Positions 15,001 to 26,350 of a stretch of DNA of 64,000 bases are shown here, in pieces; within the stretch, counting starts at the first letter, position 1; each line of letters starts with the position of its first letter. The stretch lies in assembly GCF_006345805.1 (NCBI RefSeq), contig NC_042999.1, positions 42,904,001 through 42,968,000 on the forward strand, written 5' to 3'. Source of the DNA: Octopus sinensis. Taxonomy: Eukaryota. Position numbers and translations under genes: made by a program. The notes under the pieces were generated by a model. The model saw only the letters and a program-made list of their open reading frames with translations. It ran no database searches and had not been told where the DNA came from.

Positions 15001-18000
15001 ACCAAAAAATTAATTTCAGGTATATTCCACCTACTAAACCCATCAAACTAGTTTAATCGCTTTTCAGTATAATCTTCGATGGACATCTGCAAGATAAAAG
15101 CAACAAAAAATTAATTCCAGGTATATTCCAACTACTTAACTCATCTAACTATTTTAATCGCTCCTCAATATAATTTTCGATGGACATATACAAGATAATA
15201 GCAAGAAGAAAATATTAATTCCCAGCTTTTTCCAACTACTAAATCCATATTTATTTTAATCGCTTCTCAATATAATCTTCAATGGACATCTGCAAGATAA
15301 AAGCAAGAGAAAATTAATTCCAGGTATATTCCAACTATAAACCATCTAACTAGTTTAATTCGCTTCTCAATATAATCTTCGATGGACATCTGCAAGATAG
15401 AAGCAAGAAAAAAATTAATTCCAGTATATTCAAATACTAAACCAAAAAATTACTCCAGGTATATTCCAACTACTAAACCCAACAACTAGTTTAATTTCTT
15501 CTCAATAACCTTTGATGGACATCTGCAAGATAAAAGCAAGAAAAAAATTAATTGCACGTATATTCCAACTACTAAACCATCTAACTACTTTAATCGCTTC
15601 TCAATATAATCTTCGATGGACATCTGCAAAATAAAAGCAAGAAAAAATTAATTCCAGGTATATCCAACTACTAAACCCATCTAACTAGTTTAATCCCTTT
15701 TCAATATAATCTTCGATGGAGATGTGCAAGATAAAAGCAAGAGAAAATTAATTCCAGTATATTCCAACTACTAAACCCATCTAACTAGTTTTATCGCTTC
15801 TCATATAATCTTCGATGGGCATCTGCAAGATAAGAAATAAAAGCAAATATTAATTCCAGGTATATTCCAACTACTAAACCCATCTAACAAGTTCATCGCT
15901 TCTCAATATATCTTCGATGGACATCTGCAAGTTAAAAGCAAAAAAATTAATTCCAGGTATATTCCAACTACTAAACCCATCTAAATATTTTAATCGCTTC
16001 TCAATATAGTCTTCGATGGACATCTGCAAGATAAAAGCAAAAAAATTAATTCCAGGTATATTCCAACTACTAAACCCATCTAACTGTTTCATCGCTTTTC
16101 AATATAATCTTCGATGGACATCTGCAAGATAAAAGCAAGAAAAAATTAATTCCAGGTATATTCCAACTACTAAACCCATCTCAATATTTTAATCGCTTCT
16201 CAATATATTCTTTGATGGACATCTGCAAGATAAAAGCAAAACAATTAATTCCATGTATATTCCAACTATTAAAACCATCTAAATATTTTAATAGTTCTCA
16301 ATATAATCTTCGTTGGACATCTGCAAGTTAAAAGCATGAAAAAATTAATTGCACGTATATTCCAAATACTAAACCAAAAACTTAATTCCAGGTATATTCC
16401 ATCTACTCAACCAAAAAATTAATTGCAGGTTTATTCCAACTCCTAAACCCATCTAACTAGTTTAATCGCTTCTCAATATTATCTTCGATGGACATCTGCG
16501 AGATAGAAGCAAGAAAAAATTAATTCCATGTATATTTCAACCACTAAACCCATCTAACTAGTTTAATCGCTTCTTAATATAATATTTGATGGACATCTAC
16601 AAGATAAAAGCAAGAGAAAATTAATTTCAGGTATATTCCTACTACTAAACCCATCTGACGAGTTTAATTGCTTCCAAAATTATCTTCGATGGACATCTAC
16701 AAGATAAAAGCAAGAAAAAATTAATTCCAGGTATATTCCAACTACTAAACCCATCTAACTAGTTTAATTGCTTCTCAATATAATATTTGATGGACATCTA
16801 CAAGATAAAAGCAAGAAAAGATTAATTCCAGGTATATTCCAACTACTAAAACAAAACATGTATTCCAGGTATATTCCAACTACCTAACCAAAAAATTAAT
16901 TCCAGGGATATTCCAACTACTCAACCCATCTAACTTGTTTAATCGCTTCTCAATATAATCTTCGATGGACCTCTAGAAGAGACAAGCAAGAAAAAATTAA
17001 TTTCAGGTATATTCCAACTACTAAACCCATCTAACTAGTTTAATCGCTTTTCAGTATAATCTTCGATGGACATCTGCAAGATAAAAGCAACAAAAAATTA
17101 ATTCCAGGTATATTCCAACTACTTAACCCATCTAACTAGTTTAATCGCTCCTCAATATAATTTTCGATGGACATATACAAGATAATAGCAAGAAAATATT
17201 AATTCCCAGCTTTTTCCAACTACTAAATCCATCTATTTATTTTAATCGCTTCTCAATATAATCTTCTATGGACATCTGCAAGATAAAAGCAAGAGAAAAT
17301 TAATTCCAGTCATATTCCAACTATTAAACCCATCTAACTAGTTTAATCGCTTCTCAATATAATCTTCGATGGACATCTGCAAGATAAAAGCAAGGAAAAA
17401 ATTAATTGCAGGTATATTCCAAATACTAAACCAAAAAATTAATTCCAGGTATATTCCAACTACTCAACCAAATAATTATTTCCATGTATATTCCAACTAC
17501 TAAACCCATCTAACTAGTTTAATTTCTTCCCAATATAACCTTTGATGGACATCTGCAAGATAAAAGCAAGAAAAAAATTAATTCCAGGTATATTCCAACT
17601 ACTAAACCCATCTAACTAGTTTAAATTCTTCTCAATATAACCTTTGATGGAGATCTGCAAGATAATAGCAAGAAAAAAATTAATTGCAGGTATATTCCAA
17701 CTACTAAACCCATCTAACTAGTTTAATCGCTTCTCAATATAATCTTCGATGGACATCTGCAAAATAAAAGCAACAAAAAATTAATTCCAGGCATATTCCA
17801 ACTACTAAATCGATCTATTTTTTTTAATCCCTTCTCAATATAATATTCGATGGACATCTGCAAGATAAAAGCAAGAAAAAATTAATTCCAGGTATATTCC
17901 AACTACTAAACCCATCTAACTAGTTTAATCGCTTCACAATATAATCTTCGATGGACATCTGCAAGATAAAAGCAAAAAAAAATTAATTCCAGGTATATTC

Positions 18001-19518
18001 CAACTACTAAACCCATCTAACGAGTTTAATCGCTTCTCAATATAATCTTCGATGGACATCTGCAAAATAAAGGCAAGAAAAAATTAATTCCAGGTTTATT
18101 CCAACTACTAAACCCATCTAACTAGTTTAATCGCTTCTCAGCATAATCTTCGATGGGCATCTGCAAGATAAAAGTAAGAAAAAATTAATTCCAGGTATAT
18201 TCCAACTACTAAACCCATCTAACTAGTTTAATCGCTTCTCAATATAATCTTCGATGGGCATCTGCAAGATAAAAGCAAGAAAAAATTAATTCCAGGTATA
18301 TTCCAACTACTAAACCCATCTAAATATTTTAATCGCTTCTCAATATAATCTTCGATGGACATCTGCAAGATAAAAGCAAATAAATTAATTCCAGGTATAT
18401 TCCAACTACTAAACCTATCTAAATATTTTCATCGGTTCTCAATATAATCTTCGATTGACATCTGCAAAGTAAAAGCAAGAAAAATTAATTCCAGGTATAT
18501 TCCAACTACTAAACCCATCTAACTAGTTTAATCGCTTCTCAATATAATCATCGATGGACATCTGCAAGTTAAAAGCAAGAGAAAATTAATTCCAGGTATA
18601 TTCCAACTACTAATCCCATCTAAATATTTTAATCGGTTCTCAATATAATCTTCGATGGACATCTGCAAGATAAAAGCAAAAAAATTAATTCCAGGTATAT
18701 TCAAACTACTAAACCCATCTAAATATTTTAATCGGTTCTGAATATAATCTTCGATGGATATCTGCAAGATGAAAGCAAAACAATTAATTCCAAGTATATT
18801 CCAACTACTAAACCCATCTAAATATTTTAATCGCTTCTCAATATAATCTTCGATGGACATCTGCAAGATAAAAGCAAAAAAATTAATTCCAGGTATATTC
18901 CAACTACTAAACCCATCTAACTAGTTTCATCGCTTCTCAATATAATCTTCGATGGACATCTGCAAGATAAAAGCAAGAAAAAATTAATTCCAGGTATATT
19001 CCAACTACTAAACCCATCTAAATATTTTAATCGCTTCTCAATATAATCTTGGATGGACATCTGCAAGATGAAAGCAAAAAAATTAATTCCAGGTATATTC
19101 CAACTACTAAACCCATCTAAATATTTTAATCAGTTCTCAATATAATCTTCAATGGACATCTGCAAGATAAAAGCAAAAAAATTAATTGCAACTACTAAAC
19201 CCATCTCACTAGTTTAATCGCTTCTCAATATAATCTTTGATGGACATCTACAAGATTAAAGCAAGAAAAAATTAATCCCAAGTATGTTCCAACTACTATA
19301 TCCATCTCACTAGTTTAATCGCTTCTGAATATAATCTTCGATGGACATCTACAAGATAAAAGCAACAAAAAAATTATTTCCAGGCATATTCCAACTACTA
19401 AACCCATCTTACTATTTTAATCGCTTCTCAATATAATCTTCGATGGACGTCTGTAAGATAAAAGCAAGAAAATATTAATTAGAGTTATATTCCAACTACT
19501 AATCCTATCTAACTAGTT
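1..19518. repeat. Satellite DNA array, ~101-bp monomer (99-102 bp), with interspersed ~37-bp truncated monomers
   Basis: Consensus AATTAATTCCAGGTATATTCCAACTACTAAACCCATCTAACTAGTTTAATCGCTTCTCAATATAATCTTCGATGGACATCTGCAAGATAAAAGCAAGAAAA; successive monomer starts at 741, 842 and 943. The array runs off the left edge and ends abruptly at a (TATG)n tract, with the last monomers more diverged. Confidence 0.98.
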
Positions 19519-19519
19519 T

Positions 19520-19715
19520 TTTATTCTAAATATATGTATATATGTATGTATGTATGTATGTATGCATCCATGTATGTATGTATGTATGTATGTCTGTATG
19601 TATGTATGTATGTATGTATGTATGTATGTATGTATGTATGTATGTATGTATAAATGTGTATATATATATGTGTGTGTATATATGTATGTGTATACATACA
19701 GACACGTATGTATAT
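19520..19715. repeat. (TATG)n/(TA)n microsatellite at the satellite boundary
   Basis: Directly visible. Confidence 0.95.
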
Positions 19716-19992
19716 ACGACAGTATAATCAAGTTCAGCGAGCCACATTATTCATCTTGGTCAACCATCTACAATTATTTCACACATCTCTGCACTTGATA
19801 CTTCAAAGCTAAAATAATATTTTTCGCAAACATATCGTTTCGTTTTTCAATTCCTATCATAATCCTCTCACAGTATAATACTTCAGGGCCATATTCGTTG
19901 AGTCTCACAAAATTCCTTGCACTAATTAGACAACAAATTTTTTACATTTCCCAAGATGCACGTTGGCCCACATATCATTATTGCTGTGATGA

Positions 19993-20200
19993 AAGGCAGT
20001 GAGCTGACAGAGTTGTTAGAACGCCGGGCAAAATGCTAAGTGGTATTTCATCTGTCTTCATGTTCCGAGTTCGCCGGGGTCGACTTTGTCTTTCATCCTT
20101 TCGGGGTCGATAAATTAAGTACCAGTTACGCATTGGGGTCGTTGTAATCGACTAGTCCCCTCAAAATTTCAGGCCTTGTGCCTATAGTAGAAAGGATTAT
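19993..20200 (+). mobile_element. tRNA-derived SINE with Deu/Nin-like central domain
   Basis: AAGGCAGTGAGCTGACAG head and TTTCATCCTTTCGGGGTCGATAAATTAAGTACCAG core; many related copies in the window. Confidence 0.8.
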
Positions 20201-20324
20201 TGCAGTGATGATCAATTCAAATCGTAACGCTTAATTCATTGAAGTTATATTCCACAAAACAAATGCCATTTATTCTTTGATCCTGGTTCGATTTCCGGCA
20301 TGGAAACCTTCGTTTTAGGTGCAG

Positions 20325-20434
20325 GTGTTGTTGTGTAGTAAGAACTTTATTTTCCAACATGATTCTATGTTAACCCTGGGTTAACCAAAACCTCGTCAAT
20401 AGATTTGATTGTCGGAAACTCAAAGATGCTTGTG

Positions 20435-20491
<57 letters not shown>

Positions 20492-20720
20492 TGTATGTGT
20501 GTGTGTGTGGTGTGTGTGTGTGTGTGTGTGCGTGTGCGTGTGTGTGTGTGTGTGTATGCTTGTCCTCCACCATCGTTTGACAACCGGTGTTAATTTGTTT
20601 ATGTTCCCATAATTTAGCGGTTCGGAAAAACAAGTACCAAGCTTTAAAATCAATACTGGTGTCGGTTTGTTCGACTAAACGTCTCAAGGCAGTGCCCTAG
20701 CATGGCCACAGTCAATGACT
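20325..20720 (+). mobile_element. Degenerate octopod SINE with internal (TA)/(TG) microsatellite
   Basis: Colinear with the better-preserved copy at 27129-27684 (GACAACCG, GCGGTTCGG and CAGCATGGCC-like blocks). Confidence 0.7.
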
Positions 20721-20817
20721 TTACAATTAATTGCTGTTGTTTCCATACAAACACACACGCTATAATCATTCTTCAACAGTGAAACATTTCTTATATCGCC
20801 CGTGTAGTAATCATTTT

Positions 20818-20858
20818 ATTGCTTCTCGGTCTTTTCGCTAAGATCAAAGCATAGTATC
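20818..20858 (+). pseudogene. U2: U2 snRNA 5' fragment (~41 nt), from a local 61-bp tandem duplication
   Basis: ATTGCTTCTCGGTCTTTTCGCTAAGATCAAAGCATAGTATC matches U2 nt 1-41 and lies 61 bp upstream of the full copy; the junction is at TATC microhomology. Confidence 0.8.
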
Positions 20859-20878
20859 GCCCGTATAATAATTATCAC

Positions 20879-21068
20879 ATCGCTTCTCGGTCTTTCAGCC
20901 AAGATCAAAGTGTAGTATCTTGTTATTAGCTTTATATCCGGTATATTCCTAATATGGGAACTTCGATATTAAACTGATTTTTGATTACCGCCGAAGTGTT
21001 GGAGCTTGCTCTAACTTTGCCACGAGTAGACCTGATTGATATTGCAGGACATCCAGGTATTTGGTTAT
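20879..21068 (+). pseudogene. U2: Full-length divergent U2 snRNA copy 1 (variant or pseudogene)
   Basis: ATCGCTTCTCGG start, AAGATCAAAGTGTAGTATC branch-recognition region, Sm-like GATTTTTGA, GGAGCTTGCTC, loop-IV-like TATTGCAGGA; stems I and IIa are weakened. Confidence 0.9.
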
Positions 21069-21747
21069 GTAACAGAGATATGAATAAAAGATAAATTACA
21101 CTGAAATTTTTTCCAAATTTTCTCAAACTAATAATGTCATATTCAGATCGTATGCCGTATTCTTCAATTTTGAACTCTGATACTGTTCAAGCAACTTTCA
21201 ACTACTAAACAACAATATATTCTTATTATCAGCGTCAATGAATTTCATAACTTCATCTCAGTCATTTTACACACCTCTACAAGTCGAAAAAGAACCTTTA
21301 CTTATTATTCAGTCCCCATAGTAATCCAAACACAATATTATACTTTAGCGCAATCTGTGTAGCTTCTCATGAAATGCTTTACTCTCGGTCAATTGGCATA
21401 ATATTCCCATTTCAAAATATGCAGTGTGGCTACTTTACATTGCATTATTGCAGTATCGATAAAAAAAAAATAATCAGTAAAATATGGGCAATATTCATAC
21501 AATGTTTGCTAATTTCCCTAAAATAAATATTTTTCTACAAGTGATAAATTAACCACTCAATATTTGTCATAACTATCAAACAAAAAAAAAGAGGGAGAAC
21601 AGCTCATAAATATAGCAAAGCTTCTACCTCTTCTGTGGGCATCTACAAAATAAACGTATGGAAACAGATTATTAATTATAGATCAAAGGAAAATATTTCT
21701 GATTTTACAACCGTTGAACTTAATTAATTTCAGGTATTTTTTTCTCG

Positions 21748-21801
21748 AAACACACGCCATTCAGCCTCCAGTTGCTTATCACATCTTATATCGCCCATGT
21801 A
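21748..21801 (+). promoter_or_regulatory. Putative snRNA promoter elements upstream of U2 copy 2
   Basis: AAACACACGC at about -65 (the usual PSE position) and CTTATATCGCCCRTGTA at about -28 are shared with the flank upstream of the 20818 copy. Confidence 0.4.
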
Positions 21802-21812
21802 ACACTCGTTTT

Positions 21813-22003
21813 ATCGCTTCTCGGCCTTTTGGCTAAGATCAAAGTGTAGTATATGATATTATCAGATTAATACTTGATGTGTTCCTAATATTGGAACATC
21901 GATATTAAACCGTTTTTTCTATTACAGGCGAAAGTGTTGGAGCCTGCTCTGCCTTTTCTACGTGTGGACATGTTATTGCAGTAAGGATGGGATTTAACCC
22001 ACC
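21813..22003 (+). pseudogene. U2: Full-length divergent U2 snRNA copy 2
   Basis: ATCGCTTCTCGGCCTTTTGGCTAAGATCAAAGTGTAGTA is a near-perfect U2 5' end; loop IV TATTGCAGTA is intact; the Sm site is disrupted (CGTTTTTCT). Confidence 0.92.
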
Positions 22004-22267
22004 TCCGCAACGGAAATATAAACAGAAAACAAAATTAGAAAGGAATATTTTTCCAAATCTTGTCAAACTAATAACCATTCATTCGAATCCCAAACAATAA
22101 TTCTCAAACTTCATCTGTGTTTCCTTAAATTTTCACCCACGACAAACAATTTTTCCCAATCAAACACTACAGATATATATCGTCAGCATCAACAATCCAG
22201 ACTATTTTTTTTCAACTACCATTATTTTAACACACTTCTACCCTCGATTCAACAAAGCCAAAAGATA

Positions 22268-22273
22268 TCTATA

Positions 22274-22311
<38 letters not shown>

Positions 22312-23897
22312 TGAGAATGTGTGTCTGTCTGTGTGTTTCCTTAAAACTTGAGAACTACACAACCAATTTCATTCAAATTTTACACATACCTTATTTAGGG
22401 TCCATGTAGTTTCATGGGCAAGAAAATGTTCAACTTCTTGCCTAGGGCGAGCCCATAGCAATATCATATCTTCTCCACTATTTCAGTATTACGTGTTAAA
22501 AGTGAAACAAAAACATTTCTCTATTTTATGTCAGATGCTTTCACTTTAACAATAAAAATTAGTGATTAATAATAACAATTGAATTATATGTAGTAAGTAA
22601 TAATTAAAATCAAACTAAAGTATAATATAATCGTAACATAACAAAAGTAAAAATAGCAATTGGTATAAAATTGCATCAATGACTTGAACTTTAAGTGGTT
22701 TCACATGAAAGGGAATAAATAAAAAATAAAATTTTAGTGCAGAAATGGAATAGTCCAGATGGAGCTATGTACATACCCTTTACCACGGCTTTTACATTAG
22801 ATTAAGTATCTATATGAAGTTTGGCTGTATGTAATGTCTGTTTTCTCGAACAGCTGCTTCTATTGAGTACTGCTATTGGTTTATTTCTAATACATAAAGG
22901 ACTATAGCTTCAACTGGGTACTGCTTTTTGATTCACCGTAAGGTTTCTTATTATTATTACTGTTTAACTATTGTTATCACATTTGTTGGTTCCTCGTCAG
23001 GGAAACGTTGTTGTGTTGCTTTTGTTAAATAATTGTAAACTGTAACCCTCTCCTTTGGGAGAAGGAGCTTTGGTTATTGTTTAAAAATTGAATTGTGTCC
23101 CTGTTTGGGGAAATTGACAATATTTTCACCGTTTATACGGAAGCAGTTTTGTTAGAATGCCTTCGATAGAAGAAAGTCCAAAAAGGAATTTCGCTGCAGC
23201 CGTCGGCGGCGCGAGCGACTCATTAATAAATGGAGAAAATACAACCTATTTCGGATTGATCACCGACAAAGACGGTGAATCTTGGATACCAAACGAAATA
23301 AAAATTTTAATTAAAAACTATTGTCTATAAAGTATACAATGTAGAGAAAAAAAGATTTGAACACCTGGAGGAAAGCACCATCGAAAAGTGTCTTGGTGCG
23401 ACTATGAAAGATATCTAACCAGAGGCGGTAAATTTGCCACAATAAAAGCAAGGTTCGAGTCAACGGAGCGTGCAAGGGAGTAATCGACTCGAACTTTGCA
23501 AATCTTAAATCCTTAAAATGTTTTAGCCCGAAGGCCGCGGCCATGCTGGGGCACCATTTATTTTTACCTTTATATCTGGGACGTAGGACGTCCCGGATAA
23601 AAATTTTAAATGTCCCCCCAGAAGTAGAGGTAGGCTGGATTGTAGCCACACTTCTATACAGGAGGGAGGACAAAATACAATTCATCGAAATTGCAAGAGA
23701 CGGGCCTACAATTCCAGTCTGTTATATATTTTGAGTATTGTTATCACTAACGATATCAAGATATAATTTTGTATTTTGTATTTTATGTGTAGATGTATAT
23801 ATATATATATATAGATGTACATGTAATATGTACACATATATACACATATATACATGCACTAGCACTATGACCCGGCAACGCCGGGTCATAATGCTAG
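22268..23897 (+). mobile_element. Non-autonomous Helitron (pairing of 5' and 3' ends inferred) enclosing a LINE ORF1-like fragment
   Basis: A|TC 5' end followed by (TA)n-AAAACTGAGAATGTGTGTCTGTCT; 3' hairpin CCCGG-CAACG-CCGGG then CTAG|T at 23894-23898, the same terminus type as the 34875-35264 element. Confidence 0.65.
22990..23735 (+). pseudogene. Decayed retroelement ORF1/gag-like fragment with 5' leader, interrupted by a short SINE-like piece (~23520-23556)
   Basis: Broken frame MPSIEESPKRNFAAAVGGASDSLINGENTTYFGLITDKDGESWIP...RIKILNVPPEVEVGWIVATLL. The family assignment is by resemblance only. Confidence 0.45.
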
Positions 23898-25082
23898 TAT
23901 ATATATATTTATATTTTACTCAAATATATCAACTAATTTTTTTCCGTTCTCATAACCACTTGAACACTATCATAAGCAGGATAGGTGTAGGTTTTCCCCC
24001 AAGTGCCTTGCACCAATTAGTCAACTCTCTTCACGCTATCATTTCAAAACACACAGGGTGACCACTTTTCATGTTATCAATGCGGTGTTTGTAATAAAAT
24101 AAATCAGAGAAATAAATCGTTTTAATGGACTGAATTCGAAGTAGATAAAACTACAAATAAAAGCATATAAATATTGGGTTTAAATACCCCAGGCAGCCTT
24201 CGACTTTTTCTATCCAAAAGGGGTTTTAACGCACACACACATTTTAACATACACACACGTCGTTATCTATAGTTTTATGGTTAAAAACTATTTCACGCTC
24301 TCTCGAAGTTTGTAAATTCTTTTGAGGTAAATAAGCCAGTAATATGAATAACTTTCATAGAATTGTGTAAATTCCCATAAATTATACCTTTATTTAAGTA
24401 CTAAATATAATACTCGAAGTTTGTCATGACTAATTTTTTAGATTATTTACGGCAACTTATAAATGTCAGTGATTCTCTAACGCTGTATTCTTGAATTTCA
24501 CAGAAAATTTCAAACTTTCACTGTAATATAAATATAATCGCTCGAAAATTTATTCGTCGATAGACATCTACAGTACAAAGGCAGGAAAACATTAGATCTG
24601 TGCATATATATTTCCTATGAAGTTAATTCCCCATTCAACATCTGTGCACCTTATTAATAGTAGATAATATCCACAAAACAAACAACATTTATTTCACAAC
24701 TACATTTCTGTATCATTCTTCTTTCTGATGAAGGAACAGCACCCGGAATCTCAAAACTCTTTCGCTTCTTTCTAAACGTTAAACTAATTCTAAATGTTAA
24801 ACTAATTTCTTAAAACTTGTTGCTCCTGTATTCTACACACACACACACATTCATATATAAATACACACATATATAAATGTACAAAAATATATACATATAT
24901 ATATGCATATGTATATACATATGTGTGTGGTGCGTGTGGTGTGTGTGTGTTGCGTTGGTGACCGTGAGAGACCATCTCATATTGACTTGTGGTGCAAATA
25001 AACACTCTTGATTATGCCCCGTTAGCTATTTACACAAAATTACTTTTATACACCACAAATCCGTATCACACACACACACACA

Positions 25083-25135
<53 letters not shown>

Positions 25136-25171
25136 TGCACATGTACACACATATATATGCATACACTCCAT

Positions 25172-26350
25172 AGATATCAAAACCCGCAAAATCCTGGGAA
25201 CTTTCACAGAAACAGTGATGTTGACAGACGCTACATAAGTAGAAATGAAGGTAGTAGAGGCCTGAGATCAATATAGTATCACTCAGGCAGCACCTGCTGA
25301 ACAACAGCAGCAAAAATAAATAAATAAATGCAGTGCTGAAAGTGAAGTGAGCAACATTGTACGATTTGGCAGTGAGCTCCTCAAGAAGCACTTTTCCTGA
25401 TGATCTATACAGCCCCAAAACAGCTGGGCTCTCTTACCTCAGAGAAGACGTGGGTGGAAAGCACTCAGCATACAAAAAAGACAATACATGGGTATATTAC
25501 CCGGAAGCTCGAAGAAGACGGTAGAATTGACACAAAGCGCAGCTTCTCTTGGACACAAGACCACTACATCACATTACACTTTGAAGGCTATGCGTTTGCA
25601 ATCCAGGAACAGGATATTGCCACAAAGTGCTTGGTGAACAAAAGAGACAGTGACGCTCTTGTAATCTCAAGGTGCAATCGCATGTGTAGGCTATGTCATG
25701 TTTCTGTGGAAGACATCATGCATGTGATTAACAGCTGTCCTAAAATGTCGTCACGGTACTACCTCACTATGCAGCACGACGTTGTCGCTGAAACAATTTA
25801 CGATGCCACCCGCAAAGAAGACTGTCTTGAAATAAACTTAGAAAATCTCTCTGCTATGGAATGCATTCATAAACACCAACTCAAGGAATACTGGAATATT
25901 CCCATCAAAACTTCAGTCAAATGTAAGCATAACAGGTCGGATATTGTTGTTTGGGACAAAGGGGCAAAGGTATGTACCGTTATAGAGGTAAGCTGCCATG
26001 CAGATGTAAACATCTCTTTGAAAATCAAAGGAAAAGAGGATATCTATGGACAACTGCTTCGAAACTTCCAGCTTCTATATCCAGACTATGAATTCATATT
26101 CATATCAATAATAATTGGAGCACTAGCTTAAGTTAGTAAATGCTTAAAGGAGAATCTGGATAAACTGGGATTTTCAGGAAGAGAAATTGACCGGCTAATT
26201 CGTACATTACAAGTGCACTCTGTGAGAGACTCTGTGCAAGACTTTTCTCAATTTCTAAATGTGAATTTGTCCGTTAACTACATCTCAAAGATGGATCCTT
26301 GTATCTTTGTTGGAAACCGACTCCCTCCTCAGTGGGAGATTTATAATTAA
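25172..26350 (+). mobile_element. 5'-truncated Dong/R4-type non-LTR retrotransposon relic (CCHC knuckle plus restriction-like endonuclease)
   Basis: DVDRRYISRNEGSRGL post-RT motif; ORF 25400-26131 has CRLC..E...H....CP...Y...QHD, then KHNRSDIVVWD (catalytic PD changed to SD), IEV.C and IIIGAL; stops and frameshifts are present. Confidence 0.88.

Noticed and set aside
6906-18866. Minus-strand ORFs with a repeating SIEDYIEKRLKYLDGFSSWNIPGINFFAFILQM peptide
   Set aside because: They are by-products of 99-bp (33-codon) satellite monomers; frames break wherever homopolymer length varies, and there is no sign of coding constraint.
1-19518. Satellite as a CRISPR array
   Set aside because: No unique spacers, no cas genes, eukaryotic context.
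24720-24760. CTGATGAAGG...GGAA motif
   Set aside because: No pairing stem II and no GAAA.
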